From Bacteroidales bacterium UBA2198 (GTDB taxonomy: Bacteria; Bacteroidota; Bacteroidia; Bacteroidales; VadinHA17), in contig DCVC01000260.1 in NCBI GenBank assembly GCA_002328625.1, forward strand, positions 1-53,489: DNA of 53,489 bases. Reading direction: 5' to 3'. Shown here piece after piece: positions 18,071 through 26,511 of the stretch. Within the stretch, counting starts at the first letter, position 1. Every line of letters starts with the position of its first letter. A program made the translations under genes and the position numbers. Under the pieces are notes generated by a model. It made no database searches. It saw only the letters and a list, made by a program, of their open reading frames with translations, and was not told the DNA's origin.

Positions 18071-19363
18071 TTATTTCCCCGTTAGCGCCTGATATGTCAG
18101 CACCTGGAATTTCCGGTGAATATCCCCATATTGCATTGGGAACATCTGGGTAAAGAACAGTCCGATCAGGTCTTCTTCCGGATCCATCCAGTAACTGGTG
18201 GAAAAATACCCGCCCCAGCTGTAATTTCCAACCGAGCTTAAAATCTGATGTTTATTTTTATCTGAAACAAGACCGAATCCCAGACCAAAGCCCCCATCAC
18301 CATAAAGGCTACCTACCTGGTTCATCGTCATCAGATCAATGGTTTTTCTGCCCAGTATCTGATGCCCGTTATATGATCCTCCGTTATTCATCATCTGCAT
18401 AAAACGGGCATAATCCATTATTGTACAGCATATACCCGCCGCTCCTGAGAAATAACTTCCATTACCTTTAACCGGATACTCGTAAAGAGGTTCGTCCGAT
18501 GCTATAAGTCCTTTGCTGGTATTGGCATAAACAGGGACAAGCCTGTCAACTTTCCCGGCTTGCAGAAAGAAACAGGCATCTTCCATGCCAAGGGGACCAA
18601 AAAGTCTTTCATCAAGGAAATCCTTAAATGATTTGCCGGAAATAACTTCTACCAGATAACCGAGCACATCCGTACTGAGTCCATAGGTATACTTTTCTCC
18701 CGGGTCATGCAGGAGTGGAAGCCCGGCAAGTGTGGGAATACTGCTCTTAAGGGTGGCTTCGGTAATCTGAAACCCGTAATTGATTCCATATTTCCTGTAA
18801 AGAGGTTTTATTTCTGCGTTAAAAGAGGATCCTATTCCCGCAGTATGGGTAAGGAGATGACGTATAGTGATTTCTTTCGAAGCTGGTTTTCCAACATATG
18901 TGGTATCAGGATTCAATTTAACAAGCACCTGTGGATTCTTAAACTCCGGAATGAATTTTGAGACCGGGTCATCCAATAAAAAGTATCCTTCTTCGTATAG
19001 CATCATTACAGCCACGCTGGCTAAAGCTTTTGTCATGGAAGCCATACGGAAAATATCATCCTTCTCCATCGGGTCCTGTGCTGCAAGATCACGTATGCCA
19101 AAGCTCTTATAATAGACTATTTTACCATGCCTTGCAATAAATGCAACAGCCCCCGGGAAACATTCTCTCTTAATATAATCATTGACTACGGTATCGATCC
19201 GTGCAAGTCGCCCGGAAGAAAATCCTACAGATTCAGGCTCAGCAGCGACCAGTTGCTGCCTCGCTATATCGGTACTATGATTTGTACTGTTGTTTTTACA
19301 CGAAGTGAAAATTACACTAATAATTATAAAAACTGCCACTGTTTTAAATTGCAATACTTTCAT
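18071..19363 (-). CDS. Serine hydrolase of the beta-lactamase/class-C fold (probable esterase), lipoprotein
   Basis: It has the S-x-x-K motif (FRMASMTKALASV) and beta-lactamase-fold length. I place the start at the internal ATG 19363 (MKVLQFKTVAVFIIISVIFTSC, a lipoprotein signal) rather than the ORF-track start 19408, which would overlap the upstream GH2. Confidence 0.8.
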   Translation of the reverse strand: MKVLQFKTVAVFIIISVIFTSCKNNSTNHSTDIARQQLVAAEPESVGFSSGRLARIDTVVNDYIKRECFPGAVAFIARHGKIVYYKSFGIRDLAAQDPMEKDDIFRMASMTKALASVAVMMLYEEGYFLLDDPVSKFIPEFKNPQVLVKLNPDTTYVGKPASKEITIRHLLTHTAGIGSSFNAEIKPLYRKYGINYGFQITEATLKSSIPTLAGLPLLHDPGEKYTYGLSTDVLGYLVEVISGKSFKDFLDERLFGPLGMEDACFFLQAGKVDRLVPVYANTSKGLIASDEPLYEYPVKGNGSYFSGAAGICCTIMDYARFMQMMNNGGSYNGHQILGRKTIDLMTMNQVGSLYGDGGFGLGFGLVSDKNKHQILSSVGNYSWGGYFSTSYWMDPEEDLIGLFFTQMFPMQYGDIHRKFQVLTYQALTGK

Positions 19364-19394
19364 TTCACGTTTAGTTAAAGTTATCATATCAGGA

Positions 19395-22220
19395 TCATTT
19401 TTTTGCATTTTTTAAGGCTTCCTCCGATGCTGCAGTAAAGATGTTATATGACCAGGTTGCTCCCGTAATACAGTCAACTTTTGACGGATCCTGTTTCCTG
19501 AGCAATTTTTTCGGATAGGCTAGAACTCCCCACGAGTCATTTATAACCTGTTGAACATAAATGGGATTACCTTCATAATGTTTTTTGTATTTCTCATTGA
19601 AAGTTTCATGCAGGCTGGAGTCTCTTATAGTGAATTTAACATCTTTAAATTCACCATCTTCTATCTTCAGACATACTTTTCCCCAGAAAGGCTCGCCCGT
19701 ATATTTTGAACGCGAAATCCCGATAAAAACACCATCTTTATAAGTTCTTTTAACAGCATCCGTTATCTGATTTTCAGTTTCCGTGTTATTCCGTGTTTCA
19801 AGTATAATTTCGGAGGAGGGAATACCTTCTGATGAAACCCTCAAAAGGATTTTACCGGGCTGATCTGTCGACTTAATTATTACCAGACATCTGCCCTGCC
19901 ATGCTTTTCGCTGATGTATCTGGCAACTTTCTGTGCTTACCGGATTTGCGTTGCCGACTCCTGCAATTGTTCCGGGACCCTCAATATCGAATTTCAGCAT
20001 GTTTTCTGCTTTGGGATTTCTGACATTGTTATTATCGGCCAGTTCAACAGTAACATAACTCAGGTCCTGGCCATCTGCCTTTATGATCTTTCTGTCAGCG
20101 GACATTTTAATCTGTGCCGCCTCCCCGGCTGTTTTCAGAAGAGCTGTGTTAACCACCTTCTTACCCTGGTAACCAACAACCCTGACCTCTCCTTTTTGGT
20201 AAGGGACATCCCAGCTCGCTGTATACTGTGTTGACCTGTTAGTGGGTTTCATGCCATATGAGATATTATTAACCAGGAGTTCCGCATTTTCACAGGAGGA
20301 ATATGCTAAAATCTTTATCTGCTTTCCATCATGTCCATCCCAATTCCAATTACTTACAACATCTGCCCAGTGCCATCTGCTCCAGGACAATCGTTCAGGG
20401 TTTTCCTTAAATGAGGGTACGGGCGGTTCAACGAAGACTGATAACTGGTTAGTCTTCCAGATAACATCCCTGTAAAAGGACTGGGGACGTTTCCAGCCGC
20501 AAATGTCAATATCGCCGCAATATGCAAGATTCCAGGGGTAAAAATCCTGTCTTTGCCAGTAGCCCAGCCATCCAATGCTTGCTTCACCGATATAATCGAA
20601 TGCAGTCCATACAAAGTCGCCAAGTAACCAGGGATAGTCAATGACATCCATCCAGCTGCTAAATGCATCAGAAGGAAAAGATTCAGTCCGGATCATTATT
20701 CTTGACGGAACACGCTCGTGATCAGTTTTAAAAATGTTGTCTTTAATGTGATCTCCTCCTGAACCATAATTATATCCTGCGACATCCAGAGTTGCAAAGA
20801 AAGGATCCTTTTGGACATTAAGATTATTAACTGCAGCTATCACAGGTCTTGTGGGGTCTTTTTCCCTGACATACGTGGCAAGCATCTTTGCTGTTTCTAC
20901 CACTTCCGGTGAATCCATTCCCGGGATTTCATTTCCTATGCTCCACAGTATTACGGAAGGATGATTCCTGTCGCGCAATATCATGTTTTCAATATCTTTC
21001 TTCCACCAGTTCCCGAAATAGAGATTATAGTCCGCAGGATTTTTGGGATATTGCCACATATCAAATGCTTCATCAATTACAAGCATCCCCAGGCGGTCAC
21101 AGGCCTCAAGAAAAGCAGGTGAGGGGGGATTATGCGAACATCTTACTGAGTTAAAACCGCTGGCTTTTAAAAGCTCAACCTTCCTTTCCTCTGCTCTGTC
21201 ATAGGATTTTGCACCCAGTGGCCCATTGTCATGATGAAAACAACCACCTTTCAGTTTCATAGGCCTGCCATTCAACTGAAATCCGCTTAAAGCATCAAAC
21301 TTTATTGTTCTTATTCCAAAATTTGTTTCCACCCGATCGACCATCTTATCTCCTGTAAATACTTCACTTATAGCTTTATAAAGAAAGGGAGTCTCAGTCG
21401 ACCACAGGTCCGGCTTCGTAATCACCATATCCTGATTAAAAACAGATTCACCCATCCTGTCTATTGATTGTTCTGATTCACTCCTGTTTGCTTCAACACC
21501 CTTGGGATTCAGTATTCTTGCGATTATCCTGATATTTATTGCATTTTCGGACCGGTTGATGACACTGGTCCTTATATTTACCTTAGCAGAAGATGCAGTT
21601 ACCTCAGGAGTTGTTATACTGGTTCCCCATGGAGAGACATGAACAGGGTCAAGTACTTTTAACCAGACATGCCTGTAAATACCGGAACCGGAGTACCACC
21701 GGCTGTTTTCTCCCTCATTCCTTACCTTTACTGCAAGTATATTCTCACTTCCAAACTTAACCTTGCCGGTAATATCAAACCAGAAAGATGTGTATCCGTA
21801 AGGGTGGCTGCCAAGTGAAACACCATTGAGCCATATTTCAGAGTTCATGTAAATGCCCTCGAAAAGGATCACAAACCGTTTGTTCCTCTGTTCTTCAGGA
21901 ATTGTAAAAGTCTTCCTGTACCAGCCGGTCCCCCCTGTTGTAAATCCACCGCTTACCTGGCTTATGGCATCCTGGCTGAAGGGTGAGGTTGTTCCCGGCA
22001 GATCTTCAATACTCCAGTCGTGAGGAAGATCAAGGTTACGCCATTTTGAATCATCAAAACCCGGTTGTTCTGCAAACTGGGCGCCTCCACGATGGAATTT
22101 CCAGTTGGAATCGAATAACACTGTCTGACTTTGAGTATGCAGATTAAACATGAATAAGGTGAAGAAGAGCAGGGATATAAATTTAGCTTTCATATCTTTA
22201 TTTTTATTAGTGTTTATCAT
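19395..22220 (-). CDS. GH2 glycosidase (beta-galactosidase-like) with a C-terminal FMN-bind domain
   Basis: 941 aa with a signal peptide. The GH2 sugar-binding and TIM barrel are present (NHPSVILWSIGNEIPG; IRTESFP), with a DUF4982/Ig-like tail (FDIEGPGTIAGVGNANP...GKILLRVSSEGI). About 130 extra residues follow (YKDGVFIGISRSKYTGEPFWGKVCLKIEDGEFKDVKF...VDCITGATWSYNIFTAASEEAL) that match the FMN_bind fold and its D-x-x-(S/T)-G-A-(S/T) motif. Confidence 0.85.
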   Translation of the reverse strand: MINTNKNKDMKAKFISLLFFTLFMFNLHTQSQTVLFDSNWKFHRGGAQFAEQPGFDDSKWRNLDLPHDWSIEDLPGTTSPFSQDAISQVSGGFTTGGTGWYRKTFTIPEEQRNKRFVILFEGIYMNSEIWLNGVSLGSHPYGYTSFWFDITGKVKFGSENILAVKVRNEGENSRWYSGSGIYRHVWLKVLDPVHVSPWGTSITTPEVTASSAKVNIRTSVINRSENAINIRIIARILNPKGVEANRSESEQSIDRMGESVFNQDMVITKPDLWSTETPFLYKAISEVFTGDKMVDRVETNFGIRTIKFDALSGFQLNGRPMKLKGGCFHHDNGPLGAKSYDRAEERKVELLKASGFNSVRCSHNPPSPAFLEACDRLGMLVIDEAFDMWQYPKNPADYNLYFGNWWKKDIENMILRDRNHPSVILWSIGNEIPGMDSPEVVETAKMLATYVREKDPTRPVIAAVNNLNVQKDPFFATLDVAGYNYGSGGDHIKDNIFKTDHERVPSRIMIRTESFPSDAFSSWMDVIDYPWLLGDFVWTAFDYIGEASIGWLGYWQRQDFYPWNLAYCGDIDICGWKRPQSFYRDVIWKTNQLSVFVEPPVPSFKENPERLSWSRWHWADVVSNWNWDGHDGKQIKILAYSSCENAELLVNNISYGMKPTNRSTQYTASWDVPYQKGEVRVVGYQGKKVVNTALLKTAGEAAQIKMSADRKIIKADGQDLSYVTVELADNNNVRNPKAENMLKFDIEGPGTIAGVGNANPVSTESCQIHQRKAWQGRCLVIIKSTDQPGKILLRVSSEGIPSSEIILETRNNTETENQITDAVKRTYKDGVFIGISRSKYTGEPFWGKVCLKIEDGEFKDVKFTIRDSSLHETFNEKYKKHYEGNPIYVQQVINDSWGVLAYPKKLLRKQDPSKVDCITGATWSYNIFTAASEEALKNAKK

Positions 22221-23274
22221 TTGTAACTCCTTTCCAGTTGTCGGTTCTGAAAGGTGATGCAGGGAGTCCTTCCCGGTTTATAAGATTAGCCATTGGGCTA
22301 TTTGCCCATGCATATCTCACTGCAACCGGTAATGGCACTTCTGCAGAGAAAACCACCACTTCACTTCCGTCAATATATGCATTGGCTTTATAAAACTTCA
22401 TATCTTCTCCGGCAAGCTCAAAGCCTTGCAATTGTTGGTTATTTATTAAATTCAATCCACTGCCAGTATGGGTGAAACTTATACGAATTGTTTTACCTTC
22501 AATTTGCATGGATTTATAAATGGGGCCTGAATATACCACGTCCTTGCCGTATGCGATTTTTCTTGCTGCAAGAGCAAGTCGCTTTCCGACATCCACTTTA
22601 TTAGTTGGGTGAAGATTATTCTTTTCATCCAGATCGATAGTGACTGCCATCCCTGTATTAGGGTGCGAAAGTGTAAGGAGTTGTGCTTCGCGGAGCTCTG
22701 CCCATTCATATTCATTCTGATATTGATCGCTGGAATAGCCGGGTAGCTGAACAAAAAGAAACGGGAAATATTCAACACTATTACTGTCACATGTAACCCA
22801 GGGACCTCCGGAAACTAATTCTCTTGGTTTAACTGACAATTCATTATTTACAGTAAAAAGTCTGATTCCGGGATAGTTTGCTTCAGCAACATCTTTTTTC
22901 CCGTTTTTTGCGGTTGACAGTGAGAAATTCATATTTGACTGCCCGCTGGCGAGCCATACATCACCAATCATAACATCGGTAAATGTTATAGATTGTTCAC
23001 CAGTAACAAACATATCATAGGGCCCTCCGGCTTTCATATTTGGAAGATATGCCATCCATTTCCCCTCCTCATTGGTATAAGTCACAGCAACATTCCCGGC
23101 AATTTCAACAGTAATTTTGCTCCCAGCTTTTGCTGCTCCCCAGACCGGAATATTCATCTCCCTCTGCAATACCATATGATCGGAGAATATTGCCGGCATA
23201 CGGATCTGTCCATGCAATTCTTCAAAATTGAAAAAGACCAGGAAAAGCAAAAGAATAATAACTGACCTATTCAT
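22207..23274 (-). CDS. Sialate-O-acetylesterase-like (SASA/SGNH) carbohydrate esterase that appears to carry an internal in-frame deletion
   Basis: N-terminal domain FSDHMVLQRE..PVWG, catalytic block I GDVWLASGQSNM, and C-terminal blocks (NLHPTNKVDVGKRLA; AVRYAWANSP..NL.N.EGLPASPFRTDNW) are present. The segment that normally carries the WGGT and YQGESN blocks is missing: ...PWVTCDSNSVEYF is joined directly to PFLFVQLPGY. Confidence 0.75.
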   Translation of the reverse strand: MNRSVIILLLFLVFFNFEELHGQIRMPAIFSDHMVLQREMNIPVWGAAKAGSKITVEIAGNVAVTYTNEEGKWMAYLPNMKAGGPYDMFVTGEQSITFTDVMIGDVWLASGQSNMNFSLSTAKNGKKDVAEANYPGIRLFTVNNELSVKPRELVSGGPWVTCDSNSVEYFPFLFVQLPGYSSDQYQNEYEWAELREAQLLTLSHPNTGMAVTIDLDEKNNLHPTNKVDVGKRLALAARKIAYGKDVVYSGPIYKSMQIEGKTIRISFTHTGSGLNLINNQQLQGFELAGEDMKFYKANAYIDGSEVVVFSAEVPLPVAVRYAWANSPMANLINREGLPASPFRTDNWKGVTNDKH

Positions 23275-24210
23275 CTACTGCGATTTATTGAGGGAGTTCA
23301 ACCATAACTTCATACTGTTGGTCCAGGAAGCGACATGCTCATTATTAACAGCCAATCCGAAACCATGTCCTCCCTCTGAAAGAATATGCAGCTCAGCTGG
23401 TATTTTCTTCTTTCTCAGCGCCTTATACATTAATAAAGTGTTCTCAACCGGGACGCCTTCATCATTATCTGCGTGAACAAAAAATGCCGGAGGTGTATCA
23501 TTCTTTACCTGTAATTCGTTCGAATACATTAATATTAACTCTTTGTCAGGATTCTCACCCAGCAAATTCTTTCTTGAACCGGAAAGTTTTACGGTATCTA
23601 TAAAAGAAATGACAGGATACATCAGGATCATAAAATCCGGTCGGCAGCTCTGTTTTTCAACAGAATCAGCCGAAGAACTGTTTCCATAATCAAAATGTGT
23701 CCCCAGGGTTGAAGCAAGATGACCGCCGGCTGAAAAACCCATGATTCCGATTTTTCCCGGGTCGATATGCCATTCCAGAGCGTTAAACCGAACCAGACGC
23801 ATAGCCCGCTGAGCATCTGAAAGAGGAACCTTGTGTGGTTCGGTACAGTATTCTTTTGATGGTAACCGGTATTTTAAAACAACCCCTGCCACTCCAATTG
23901 AATTCAGAATAGCCACAATATCAGTTCCTTCAAGATCATATGATAGCTGACGGTATCCACCTCCAGGACAAATGATCACGCATTGCCCGGTAGAATATTT
24001 TTTTGTCGGAAGATAGACTTCAATTTCCGGTACCGAAACATTCCTGAATGCTGTTATATCGGTTTTCTCGATTATTTCCTTTACAGCTGAAGGTTTTGAA
24101 TATGGTATTGCACCGGCGTACAGAGGCATTTTTATTTCCTGTCCTGAAAGAATATATCCATATGCAAACAGGATCAGAAGAAGTGACTTATTTAATAAGT
24201 TAGCCATCAT
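23275..24210 (-). CDS. Alpha/beta-hydrolase esterase (acetyl-esterase/lipase-like)
   Basis: 311 aa with a signal peptide. It has the oxyanion motif ICPGGGY, the nucleophile elbow GFSAGGHLA, and a C-terminal D/H region (VHADNDEGVP ... GGHGF). Confidence 0.85.
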   Translation of the reverse strand: MMANLLNKSLLLILFAYGYILSGQEIKMPLYAGAIPYSKPSAVKEIIEKTDITAFRNVSVPEIEVYLPTKKYSTGQCVIICPGGGYRQLSYDLEGTDIVAILNSIGVAGVVLKYRLPSKEYCTEPHKVPLSDAQRAMRLVRFNALEWHIDPGKIGIMGFSAGGHLASTLGTHFDYGNSSSADSVEKQSCRPDFMILMYPVISFIDTVKLSGSRKNLLGENPDKELILMYSNELQVKNDTPPAFFVHADNDEGVPVENTLLMYKALRKKKIPAELHILSEGGHGFGLAVNNEHVASWTNSMKLWLNSLNKSQ

Positions 24211-24405
24211 TTAATCTTTTTTATTTACTCTCATTATAGTTATTTCACCTCCTTCAAGTCCTTCAGCACTCGCGGTAATTTTAATGATTCCCGCAGTTTT
24301 TCCCGCCTTAAGCAGAATTGTTGAAATATCTGCTTCGGCATTTCTGGGATTATAACCAATAAGTTCTGCATCACCTGTCTCCGTTCCATTTCGGGTTTGA
24401 CTCCA
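24211..24405 (-). pseudogene. Relic of the C-terminal Ig-like domain of a GH2-type glycosidase
   Basis: In the third minus frame (not the frame of the 64-aa track ORF), the sequence between the sulfatase stop and the esterase start reads ...TGDAELIGYNPRNAEADISTILLKAGKTAGIIKITASAEGLEGGEITIMRVNKKD*. This parallels GPGTIAGVGNANP...GKILLRVSSEGIPSSEIILE of the GH2 at 19395..22220. Its stop (24211-24213) abuts the esterase ATG. There is no start codon or upstream domain. Confidence 0.6.
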
Positions 24406-25873
24406 TCATTTTCGCATCTGTTGCCTTTCTCCAATTATTCAAAATGTCATAAAGTTCTTTTGTCTTGCCCGGGTTTGACGAGGAAATGTCCCTGGTCTCC
24501 GAAATATCCGCCTCAATATCATACAATTCCTGTCTTCCTGATACGAAATTGTCAATAAGCTTGTATTTCTCGAGCCTGACAGCACTTCCAGGGTAACCAC
24601 CCTGGTTTGAATAGTGGGGATAATGCCAGAAAAGGGGTCTTTCCGGCAGATTGTCTTCTCTGAAAAGAGCAGTGAAGCTTATTCCATCGGGCTCAGCTCT
24701 CCCGGCATCGGAACCTGTCATTTCAGCAATAGTAGAAAAATAGTCTATTGATGAAACTGGTGAATGGATTACAGTGCCCGGCTCTCCTTTTCCCGGGTAC
24801 CTTATAATAAGAGGGACCCTTATTCCGCCTTCATAAAGCCATCCCTTACCTGCTCTTAAGGGAGCATTACATGTGGGTGATCCTTCAGCGGTTGCCAAAC
24901 CCCCATTGTCGGATGTGAAAATGATTATAGTATTTTTATCCAGTCTGAGCTCATCAAGCTTGCTCATCAGCCTTCCGATATTTTCATCGACACTATAGAT
25001 CATAGACGCATAGACCGGGTTGCTCTGAATTATTCGCTCTCTGAAGTTATCGCTCATTGTAGGTCTTATCCAGTCGGGGTCGGAGGTAAAAGGATCAGCC
25101 TTTGATAATCCGAGTGAATCAGCTTTATGAGTGAAATAGGCTATTTGTTCCTCCTTAGCCTGCATAGGATTATGCACAGCAAAATATGACAGATATACAA
25201 AGAATGGTCTGGTACGGTTTTCTTTAATAAACCGTATTGCCTCATCGGTTTGTCTGTCGGTCAGGTATTCACCGTCGGGACCGTTCTCGAGCCTGGGATT
25301 GCCGTAAGGAGAAAAATAGCCGTTTGCCTTTCCGCTCATGTTTGGATATCCCAGACCCGTGCCTCCCTTGTTAATGTCAAATCCCTGGTTCTCAGGCCAG
25401 AACTGTTGGTCTTCACCCAGGTGCCATTTGCCGGATACCATGGTTTTGTAGCCGTTATCTCTTAGCATTTCAGCAACGGTGATCTCGTCCCTTTCGAGTT
25501 GCTGTCGGAAAGGAAGGGCTATGAGCTTGTCATACGACGAGCCGTTGTTTGATGCCTGTCGTCCTGGTATCCAATCAGTGATACCTGTTCTGACAGGATA
25601 TTTTCCTGTCATGATAGCGGCCCTTGTTGGTGATGATACCGGGCAGGCAGCATAGGCATTGGTGAACATAACACCCTGATGGGCAAGATGGTCGATATTT
25701 GGTGTCTCATAGAATCTGCTCCCATTGCATGCCATGTCGGTATAGCCAAGGTCGTCGAGGAGGATGAAAATCACATTCGGCTTTGGTTTATTATTACAAG
25801 TCTGGAGAACAAGACTTGCAAGTGGAACCGCAGCTGCTACTCCATAACTGATTATTGTCTTAATTCTTTTCAT
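24371..25873 (-). CDS. Sulfatase (S1 family), Ser-type formylglycine motif
   Basis: 500 aa with a signal peptide. It has metal-site DD (IFILLDDLGY), the signature P-V-S-S-P-T-R-AAIMTGKY (S-x-P-x-R rather than C-x-P-x-R) and GKWHLG. Confidence 0.93.
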   Translation of the reverse strand: MKRIKTIISYGVAAAVPLASLVLQTCNNKPKPNVIFILLDDLGYTDMACNGSRFYETPNIDHLAHQGVMFTNAYAACPVSSPTRAAIMTGKYPVRTGITDWIPGRQASNNGSSYDKLIALPFRQQLERDEITVAEMLRDNGYKTMVSGKWHLGEDQQFWPENQGFDINKGGTGLGYPNMSGKANGYFSPYGNPRLENGPDGEYLTDRQTDEAIRFIKENRTRPFFVYLSYFAVHNPMQAKEEQIAYFTHKADSLGLSKADPFTSDPDWIRPTMSDNFRERIIQSNPVYASMIYSVDENIGRLMSKLDELRLDKNTIIIFTSDNGGLATAEGSPTCNAPLRAGKGWLYEGGIRVPLIIRYPGKGEPGTVIHSPVSSIDYFSTIAEMTGSDAGRAEPDGISFTALFREDNLPERPLFWHYPHYSNQGGYPGSAVRLEKYKLIDNFVSGRQELYDIEADISETRDISSSNPGKTKELYDILNNWRKATDAKMMESNPKWNGDR

Positions 25874-26002
25874 AAATTTCTGTTATTCAGGTTTTGTATT
25901 CAGGCAAATTGTTTTATCTAATTCCATGAATATTTAGCATTAAAGAAGGGCATGATACAGGACCCATCCAGATCAAGGAACTATACCATGCCCGATTCAC
26001 CT

Positions 26003-26058
26003 CAACTAATCCTAACCAACTAACCCTAACCAACTAACCCTAACCAACTAACCTTAAC
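26003..26058. repeat. Tandem repeat of four 14-bp units (CAACTAACCCTAAC)
   Basis: The units are caactaatcctaac / caactaaccctaac / caactaaccctaac / caactaaccttaac, contiguous with no spacers. The repeat lies about 130 nt upstream of the sulfatase start and directly abuts the stop of micro-ORF copy C. Confidence 0.9.
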
Positions 26059-26178
26059 TTATTTAACCCTGTCAATATTGATAGCATGATGATATTTCCT
26101 TTGACTTTTTAGCATGCTGTAGTTACCAGAATCAGGAAAACAATCATTACCATCTGCTTTTGCCTTTATATCATCCAT
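26059..26178 (-). pseudogene. Degenerate copy (C) of the micro-ORF found at 33462..33578
   Basis: It starts MDDIKAKADGND..., compared with MDDLRVKEDGEN... in copy A. The DNA encoding the hydrophobic helix is still recognisable (tgattgttttcctgattctggt versus tgattattttcttgattctggt) but is out of frame because of a deletion relative to copy A. Confidence 0.5.
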
Positions 26179-26235
26179 TTTTAACCTATCGTCTTTCAAA
26201 CAAATCTAACCAGTAGTATTTAATTGGAAAGACAT

Positions 26236-26309
26236 TTTTGTTCCAAATCCGAGAACTAATGTTTCACTATTAATTATGTGTCAGTTTAAATAAATTATGT
26301 ATCAGGTGA
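26236..26309 (-). promoter_or_regulatory. Conserved cis-element, copy C (candidate HTCS operator/promoter)
   Basis: The minus strand reads CCTGATACATAATTTATTTAAACTGACACATAATTAATAGTGAAACATTAGTTCTCGGATTTGGAACAAAA. It aligns with copies at 33631..33705 and 39639..39712. The direct repeats ACATAATTTAT and ACATAATTAAT start 21 bp apart (plus-strand 26290-26300 and 26269-26279). Confidence 0.55.
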
Positions 26310-26408
26310 CATAAGAATCAAGAGAGAAATGAGATTGTTATTCCCTTTTCTTTCAATTATTGCTCTTCCGGCTTTTTTGCATCCCGGGCGCCCCCCGGTG
26401 GAAACTTT

Positions 26409-26447
26409 AAAAAAAAAGTAAGCCGGCAAGGTTATTATTTCTTACTT
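26409..26447 (-). terminator. Candidate intrinsic terminator after the DUF5107 gene
   Basis: The minus strand reads AAGTAAG-(18-nt loop)-CTTACTT followed by seven further T's (the run is 9 T counting the two terminal stem residues), about 65 nt downstream of the stop at 26512. The loop is long, so confidence is moderate only. Confidence 0.45.
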
Positions 26448-26511
26448 ATGTCGTAGACGCATAGTGCCTCTCCGTGCCTAATAAAGAGCACATTACCCCA
26501 CTAAACCCAGA

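Noticed and set aside
24240-24434. 64-aa minus-strand ORF spanning the sulfatase stop
   Set aside because: It is in the wrong frame. Its sequence is featureless, whereas the adjacent frame gives a recognisable GH2 C-terminal relic and the third frame is the sulfatase C-terminus.
26003-26058. CCCTAA-containing tandem repeat considered as a telomere-like sequence or a CRISPR array
   Set aside because: The units are contiguous 14-mers with no spacers, so it is not a CRISPR. There are only four copies, inside a bacterial intergenic region. The CCCTAA resemblance to telomeric repeats is coincidental.
26236-26309. Conserved cis-element considered as a sigma-54 (-24/-12) promoter or as a riboswitch
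   Set aside because: There is no TGGCAC-N5-TTGC match. Only a 4-bp hairpin with one possible compensatory change could be drawn, which is too weak to claim a structured RNA. The direct-repeat (protein-binding) interpretation fits better. I also could not find a clean Bacteroides TAnnTTTG -7 box, so the exact promoter position remains open.
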